Both the position numbers and the translations under genes were made by a program. From contig CAZLCT010000003.1 of NCBI GenBank assembly GCA_964558015.1, positions 1-55,850 of the forward strand: a stretch of DNA of 55,850 nucleotides, written 5' to 3'. Source of the DNA: an uncultured bacterium. GTDB lineage: Bacteria > Omnitrophota > Omnitrophia > JAHJGZ01. This document shows positions 47,741 to 55,200 of this stretch, in pieces; the first letter of the stretch is position 1, and each line of letters opens with the position of its first letter. The notes under the pieces are model-generated. The model was not told the origin of the DNA, ran no database searches, and was given only the letters and a program-made list of their open reading frames with translations.

Positions 47741-47858
47741 ACCATTAAAGCGGACTATTGATAACAATTAGGAAATTTTTGATATTGTTTGCATATATGA
47801 TTTATAGTCTGTTGTGTTGTCTTTTGTCTGTGGTCTGTAGTCTTTGGTCTTTAGTCTT
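47710..47858. repeat. two 35-nt arrays of five degenerate heptamers in inverted orientation: (NAGACMR)5 and (TDGTCTK)5
   Basis: 47710-47744 reads aagacca cagaccg gagaccg aagacaa tagacca. 47824-47858 reads ttgtctg tggtctg tagtctt tggtctt tagtctt. There is a perfect 11-nt complement (agaccacagac 47711-21 with gtctgtggtct 47826-36) and a 79-nt spacer. Confidence 0.7.
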
Positions 47859-47888
47859 TAATTTATTTACAAATTGTGAGTTACGAAA

Positions 47889-48812
47889 ATGCAAGATCGA
47901 TACTATCGTTTTTCTAAATATTTAAGAGAACGATTTAGTTGCCGCGTTAAGAAAATAAGTATTGATGCAGGATTTTCATGTCCGAACCGTGACGGTAAGC
48001 TGAGTACCGGCGGGTGCATATATTGTGACAATCGAGGCTTTAGTATGAATAGCCGGGTCGAGCCTAGACCTCTTCAGGTACAGATTTCCGATGGAATTAA
48101 AGGATCAAAAAGAAGTGGAAAAGCTGAAAAATTTATAATTTATTTTCAGGCCTATACAAATACCTATGCGCCTACGCAAATTCTAAGACAAAAATATGAT
48201 ACCATAAAGCAGTTTGATGATGTGGTAGCCATTGCAATTGGCACACGGCCCGATTGTGTTAATAAAGAGATACTTGAGTTAATTAACTCTTACAGTGATG
48301 AATATGAAGTATGGATAGAATACGGCCTTCAATCTATTCACGATAAAACTTTGAAGATAATTAACCGCGGCCATTCATTTAAAGATTTTCTTAATGCTGT
48401 TAGTCTAACACGTTTATATCCAAAAATAAAAATATGTGTTCATGTAATCATAGGTCTTCCGGGTGAGACGAAAGAAGATATGATTATGACTGCTAGAATT
48501 ATAGCAGATTTAAATATGGAGGGGGTTAAAATTCATCCTTTACATGTAATTAAGGGAACAAAACTTGAAGAAATGTTCAATAACGGTTCTTTTAAGCCCC
48601 TTGAAATCAATGAATATATCAACCTTGTAGCCTCTTTTATAGAAAATCTTGCGCCAAGTACTGTTATTCAGCGTATTAGCGCAGATTGCCCGCCTGATTT
48701 ACTCATTGCCCCGAAATGGCTGCATGAGAAGGTAAAGGTGTTAAAATCAATTGATGATTACCTTGAAAAAAGTGGGATTTTTCAAGGGAAACAGTACCAT
48801 CCACAATCATAA
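47889..48812 (+). CDS. TIGR01212-family radical SAM protein (YhcC-like)
   Basis: CPNRDGKLSTGGCIYCD cluster motif and a TIM-barrel-like remainder (EYGLQSIHDKTLKIINRGH). Confidence 0.85.
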   Translation: MQDRYYRFSKYLRERFSCRVKKISIDAGFSCPNRDGKLSTGGCIYCDNRGFSMNSRVEPRPLQVQISDGIKGSKRSGKAEKFIIYFQAYTNTYAPTQILRQKYDTIKQFDDVVAIAIGTRPDCVNKEILELINSYSDEYEVWIEYGLQSIHDKTLKIINRGHSFKDFLNAVSLTRLYPKIKICVHVIIGLPGETKEDMIMTARIIADLNMEGVKIHPLHVIKGTKLEEMFNNGSFKPLEINEYINLVASFIENLAPSTVIQRISADCPPDLLIAPKWLHEKVKVLKSIDDYLEKSGIFQGKQYHPQS

Positions 48813-48988
48813 TCATATACTACGGATTGAGTTAAAATTTTAAGTTATATAAAATTAAAATTTATTAGCTTTATAATTAATTATATAACTTTAACTAATT
48901 AATATATTAATTAAAAGATGATTTTGAATAAATTAAAATAAAGTTGTAAGTCATTTTAGTATAAAGTCTTATAAATATTTGTCATGCC

Positions 48989-49017
48989 TTGAAAATATAT
49001 GTTGAACGTGTTATATT
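48989..49017 (+). promoter_or_regulatory. candidate sigma70 promoter TTGAAA-17nt-TATATT
   Basis: ttgaaa at 48989-94, a 17-nt spacer, tatatt at 49012-17. It sits in the 465-nt AT-rich gap before the giant ORF. Confidence 0.5.
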
Positions 49018-49023
49018 TTATTG

Positions 49024-49105
49024 TAAGCAAATAACTTACATGAAAATTGATAGCCGGGTTATTTATACTTCCTGAGGTGCAGGTTGTATAGATAACCCGT
49101 TTTTT
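49024..49105 (+). ncRNA. candidate ~80-nt small RNA or terminated leader (promoter to intrinsic terminator)
   Basis: The predicted transcription start near 49024 runs into the terminator at 49055-49105. It contains a 5' hairpin gtaag-caaataa-cttac (49023-39). No ORF is present. Confidence 0.3.
49055..49105 (+). terminator. intrinsic terminator / attenuator hairpin upstream of the giant ORF
   Basis: cgggttatttatac (49055-68) pairs with gtatagataacccg (49086-99): a 14-bp stem with one mismatch and a 17-nt loop, followed by tttttt (49100-05). Confidence 0.65.
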
Positions 49106-49277
49106 ATTTGAGCACATAACTTATGGAGCACGAAGTGCGACATAAGTTATAAGGGCGAAAATAATCCGCCAAAGCCTGCTACGTCGAGATGCAAAATATA
49201 GGCGACGGCGGATACGGAACGCTGATTAATGCGGATCTAAACGCAGATATACGCTAAATTAAAGACAAGATAAAATT

Positions 49278-52200
49278 ATGTATAACACACACACACAATA
49301 CGGCAGAGGGTTAAAAGTTATAGCAACGGTCACTGTGTGTGTTTTCACATGGACTACTGCTGCGCTGGCTGATCCAAGCAGTGTTTACAAAATCAACGTG
49401 CCAGAAGCACACGGGAAAGTTAAACAGCGTTATAAAGGAACTTCAAATAAGACAATCATTCATGTACAAGATGCACATTTAAGTTCAGAAGCACAGTTTA
49501 ATCTGGCAAGGATTATTTGTGCGCTTATCCCGGAGCTTCGCACGCAGAGTAATACTGCTCTAGACGCAGATAAACGCAGATTGAATTCCGAAGAGCATCC
49601 GCGTAATTCCGCTTCTAAGGATCCAGGGATGGATAATAAAAATCTGCGAGAATCTGCGTCAAAAGGTAGGACGCCTTTTGTAGGGATAGAAGGCGCAATC
49701 GGCGAATACGACCTTAAGGAACTACGTGACTATCCAGTTCAAGAGGCTAAGGAGATAGTCGGCCGTGATTTTGTTAAGGACGGTAAATTTATTGGTGCTG
49801 AACTCGCTTCGATTATAGCTAAAGATGATTTTATTATTTATGGCCTTGAAGATCGCGAGCTTTTTACTAAAGACTTTAAGGCATTTTATAAAGCACATGC
49901 AAAATTATCAGAACTAGAAGAGCAGATTGAAATCCTAGAAGGGCAGCTGAACCTTCTCAAAGAAGCAAACTACAACCAATCTCTAAAAGAATTTGATGTT
50001 GAAGCATCTTGTTATGAAACTAATGAAAGTTATTTTGTCGATTATTTGAGTATTCTCTATGAAAAGATCATCGAATTAAATATTGATCTTTATGACTATG
50101 TTTCATTGCTTCAATTTAAAGAAGTATTCCTGATCGAGAGTATGATTTCTTGGGAAGGGATTGATAAAGAAATAGAAGAGTTTGTAGAAAGCATGAAGCA
50201 AGCCCCTTCACAAAAAGTTTCTGATTGTTACTCAAATTATAAATCTGGCAAGATTAATCAAAAAGAGATCATTTGCGTTTTAAATAACATTGCTGCAGAA
50301 CGTGGAATCCGATTCGAACCTCATTCAAACATAGCGAAGGCTCTGGAGTTCTGGCATAAGAATGAAGCTATTGATATGAATGAAATACTGCGAGATATTC
50401 TAGCTGTCAATCATGAAATTCGGCTACGTCTTGCAGTAAGTGCGGATGAAAGATCGGTTATAGAGCTCTGGCGTACACTTACTAAATTAAAAACTCTCCT
50501 AGCACTAAAAGCACTCAAGGATGATGTGGAAGAGTTTAGGACTAATCGGAAAGAATATTCGATGGAGAAAATACAGGGAAAGATCAATGATCTGTTGCGA
50601 GTTGCGAGTTACGAGTTACGAGTTGATGAATCTAAAACCCGTAATCCTTCGACAAGCTCAGGATCCCGAGCAAAGTCGAGGGGCCTGCAACCCCCAACCC
50701 CCAACATGGACGAAGTATTAGCACTTGTCGATCAATTCTACTCCCTTGCTGATCAGCGTGATATAGTTATGCTTGATAATTTGATTGCAAAAATGGATAT
50801 GGAAGGACAAGACCTTGGTGTTCTCGTTGCGGGAGGATATCATTCTAACGGTCTCATTCGTATGATGAAAGAACGTGACATTTCATTCGTGACTATCACC
50901 CCGAAGATTGACAGTACGATAGAGGACGTTGCATTTATGGACCGCATGATGGGTAAAGTCGTTTCCTTTGATCCGATGTTTACCAGTCATTTTCAATTCA
51001 GCAGGATTCAAGGTTCGGTTCTTGGATTGAAAGGACTTGGCATTTTTAATGATACGGAAATTGATAATATAATACGCGATGCGAACACTCAATTAAACGG
51101 TGCGGCAATCTTATTAGAAGACATTAACAAAAAAGCTGATGAGCTGAAGAAGAAAGAAGAATATGTGCCGTTGGCAGAAGCACTGGAACAGATTGCAAAA
51201 GAGCTTAATGAAAATAAATTTGTTGAAACGTTTATGCAAAAAAGAGGTATCACCAATTTCACCAACGAAAATGCCCGGGAATTCATGAATGAACTACGGC
51301 GAATCGTGGGGGAGAAAGTTGCTGTAGAAGGTCTTGTTGCAGATTATCTTAAAAACATGCAAGACCGATTTCTTGAACAATTAGGGCTGATAAAAACTGG
51401 GACTCTAATTAGTGACATAAAAGAAGAGGAAGCTGGATACAATGAAGATATCAAGGGGGCATATGATGCTAAGAATATTGGGAAAGTTAGGGATGTATAC
51501 GATCGAATAGAGGAGAGAATACTGAGATGGGCAGGTGCCTTTACGACCGTTTCACTTGAGGGGCTTACTAGTATTGATAATGATGTTCAGCTTATTCATG
51601 ATGATACTATAGATGACTTTGCCAAGGCCGTTGAAGTTGACGGAGAATGGGTTATCAAAGTTAATACAAAAAGATTAGAGCAGTTTTTACAAAATATACA
51701 GGATCCAGCGCACAAAAACTATGCTTTACAGATGATTCTCGGGCATGAGCTCGCGGAAGTACGTGCGCAGCAAGATGCGCGTAGCCGGGGAGAGGAGAAA
51801 ATGAATCCAGCAGATTCTCACGCCGTAGGCTTATTTATTGAAGATGAGATACATGAACGATCATCTGTGGCAGATAAGCAATCTATTTATACAAAAATAC
51901 TGATTGCACAGGCGGAGATACTGTATCAAGCCGGCTATCTTATTGAAGCTGAACAGACAGTGCTCGGATTATTTGGCGAAGATGCAAGCGGATATTATCA
52001 AGACCGAAAGGAAATGAGATTAGACGATGGCCGAATACTGCGTCTGGAATTTGAAGATTTATTATTACTTGCCCAATGTACTATTGATAGCTATTTATTC
52101 TATGTACTTTGTACGAGGCCGTTTTTAATCTTGCCTTTCAGGGATTACCCTCAGCAAATGGCACGGATGGGTGAATTTATAACGGACTATTTTTATATTG

Positions 52201-55200
52201 CTGAAAGACAGTCGGAAGAAAGAGGAGCATACAGCTATGAAATCAATTCAGCAGCTTTTCTTTCATCTGAAATGGTCGATGAAAAGGTGGTTACTCTTTT
52301 TGCTCGTATTGCAGCTTTGTATGATGGAGTACGTAAAAGATCCGGTGAAAGAAGCTTTAATTCAATTATCATGTATCTTGCAACCATAGTTAACGGGAAT
52401 AAAGAATCGCATATTCTAGATGATGCTCAGGCTTTAGCGTTTATATTAGAACATGAGGATGAACTAGTTGCACTTGGCCCGGAGATTATGAGACTCTATA
52501 TAAATTATAGTTATCGTTATCATTCTAAAGTGAGTACAAAGTATGAAAGGCCTGAAGATTATAGCAATTATTTTTTTACCCGTGAAGTTCTTGAACGTCT
52601 GCAAGGTTTCAATGGTGATGTAGCCTCAACTGAAAATTATCTTCGCTTTATGAGCATGAGTAAAAGTAGCGAGCAAATTTTTCAAGAAGAAGGGTTATTC
52701 GACCAATTTAGGCATCACATGAGTCTCGAGAACCAAACTGCTTTTACAAAATACCTCTTAGCCCAAATTAACCAGTTATCTGGTACCAGGATTGCTGGTG
52801 TCAGTGCAGATATCATGAGAACATTTTTAAATGAGAAAGTTATGCAATTATATGAATTGCATGGTTCTCTCTTAAATCCGGTGCTCAAACTGATCCTTCA
52901 TTTTCCCCATGAGTGGAATACTTATTGTGGAGATGTTTTTATGACAAAGTATCAGCGTATTGCAGCATTGGGTATTGGTTCGGAATACGTTGATGCTTTG
53001 ATCGCTCTGCAGAGCAATAAAGCAGAATTGATGAGTGATGATGTCGTGAATGCTATTGCTGCTGTGGGTACGAGCGATGTACAGGCGGCTAAAGACTTTC
53101 TGTTATTAGCAGGAAAGTCTCGTAAATACCGTATCGAAAAAAAGGAAGGAAGGGATACATATATTCCGACGAGTGAGACATTTATTCCCGAACTGATAAG
53201 TTCTCCTTTTCTAACTGCTTTTACTCGTCTTGCGCCTGAGGTTAGACAAAAGTATGTGTATCATGCTGTAGTTGTGAATCAGGATAACCGTGATTTGTTT
53301 TTTTCTTTCGAAACCGCAGAAGTTGCGGCTGTTTTTCATAATGCAAATCTCATTAGCCTTCTCGCAAAAAGATGTGAAGATAAAAGTTTTATTACAATAC
53401 TTTTAGAATCTCCTTTAAGAAATAGGCTTATTAAAGCTTTTTCAGAATCTGGCAGTGACCAGCATACGATCCTCGAGTATGCTGAACCTAATATGTTGTC
53501 TTCTGATACTAGCTTTTCACTGGTAAACAAAATTAACCGCAAAATCAGCAACAAAGAATTGCGTGAAGATCTTATCGAAGCGATTTTAAAAAATTCTGAT
53601 TTTGCGGCGTATTTAGACGATGAACAAAATTTTAACCTTTTAATGTCATGCATCGGCTTCTCTGTGAATTTTGCTCAAGGCTATATACAGTTATTCAGTA
53701 GTATGAGTCTGAATGAGTTAATGGTTTTTGGTGCCTTTTATAATAATGTGTTGCGTAGCGAGCAGGAAGCATTTGCGCTTGAAGTTATGAACTTAGTAAG
53801 AGATGACCTTGATTTGATTGACACACTAGATATGACACGATTAGGGTTGCTTTATAAATTATCACCTTATGTGGCACAGAAGTATATGATGGCAGTAGGC
53901 CGCAATCCTAGACTCTTACAATCTAATGAAATTTACGAAAAAGTAGTTGCGCTCATTTCGGGAGACTTAATTAATGGCATTACTCTGTCTCAATATGGTG
54001 ATTTACCACGTAATTATAGCCGTGCATATAGGCATAGGTTAGCGTATGTTCAACAGGACGAAAATGAACGGCCGTATGGATATCAATTAGCTAAGTTTTT
54101 AATTGATATATCACTCGATTCCAATAGTAATTATGTCCATTTTGTACAGGCGGAAGATTCCTTGCGTAAAATACACCCACAGATTCTTGATAATCTTGCT
54201 GGTTCGTTTCAGAAGTACAATAAGGATGAAGGACGCTCAGAATTTGAGTCGTGGGATGAGAATACAGCTGTTCATGAATCAGTATTGCGCGTTCTGGGAA
54301 CTCTCACGTCAGTTAATTTGAGCAAATTTATTCTTTCTGCTATAAATAGTTACAGTTCGCAAGAAGATACTACTTCAGTTAAAGAGCTCATGGATATGTT
54401 CTCGAATGAGAATGAGTTGTCCACTCTACAGTCACTCTCTGATGGGCTTATTAAGGCAATAACAACATGGAAGCGTACTGGAAAGAAAGAAAAAGGTGGC
54501 TGGCGTACGGTTTATTCTCTATACCAGCTTATTTCAGGCGCAGAGATAAGAAGGCTATTTAATAGTTCGCTGCACGAAGAGTGTCTTCAGAGCTTGTTTA
54601 GTATTAATACTGCCCACACAAAAAAACGCGATGCTGAACGGTCAAATCAAGAGGACGCATTAATCGACAAATTATTTAGTGAGACATTTATCACACAGCT
54701 TGAAAAGGTACAGTCCCAATTTGGAGGTGCAATCGTAAATATGATTCTAGATATGATTTCAAATAATCCCAACTCTATAGATACATATTTAAACGAACAA
54801 TATGTTTCTAATCTTATAGCAAATGTTGACCTTATTTTTGGCTCAGAAAATCAATCTGAGTTTGTTACTAATAAGTCCCAAGCATTAATGGCTGTATTAA
54901 ATAATGATCCGCATACGTTGCGTACTTATATGGACATGTTTACAGAGATACTTGGGTCGGATTCATTAGCGAGTTTTTTAAAGAAAGGTAATTATAGTGC
55001 CATAAGAAGATGGATTTCATTATTTAATGTCCACAATACAACGCCCGAAGCATTTGAGGAATTTCAGTCTTTACTAAAAAGACAGATGGGAGAGATAGCC
55101 CCTGAGAAACGAGGGGAATACTTAACTATGTTAAGTAATGTTGCGCGTAGTAAATTTTTTCTTTCGACATTAAAACTTACTGGTAAAGAAATTAAGACAT

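Noticed and set aside
47710-47858. Heptamer arrays (and those at 50597-50705) as a CRISPR array or minisatellite
   Set aside because: The units are only 7 nt, degenerate and contiguous with no spacers, and no cas genes are present. They are simple-sequence or palindromic elements, not CRISPR.
50521-50721. 66-aa + strand ORF (and 52198-52389, 54103-54321, plus - strand ORFs 50883-51286, 53336-53653, 55433-55681)
   Set aside because: All are out of frame with, or antisense to, the uninterrupted 2,191-codon frame. The 50521 ORF is the +1 reading of the palindromic repeat module.
51744-51758. H-E-L-A-E (GHELAEV) in the giant protein as a possible zincin HExxH active site
   Set aside because: The second His is replaced by Glu and no downstream third ligand motif is apparent. 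This is not enough to call a metalloprotease.
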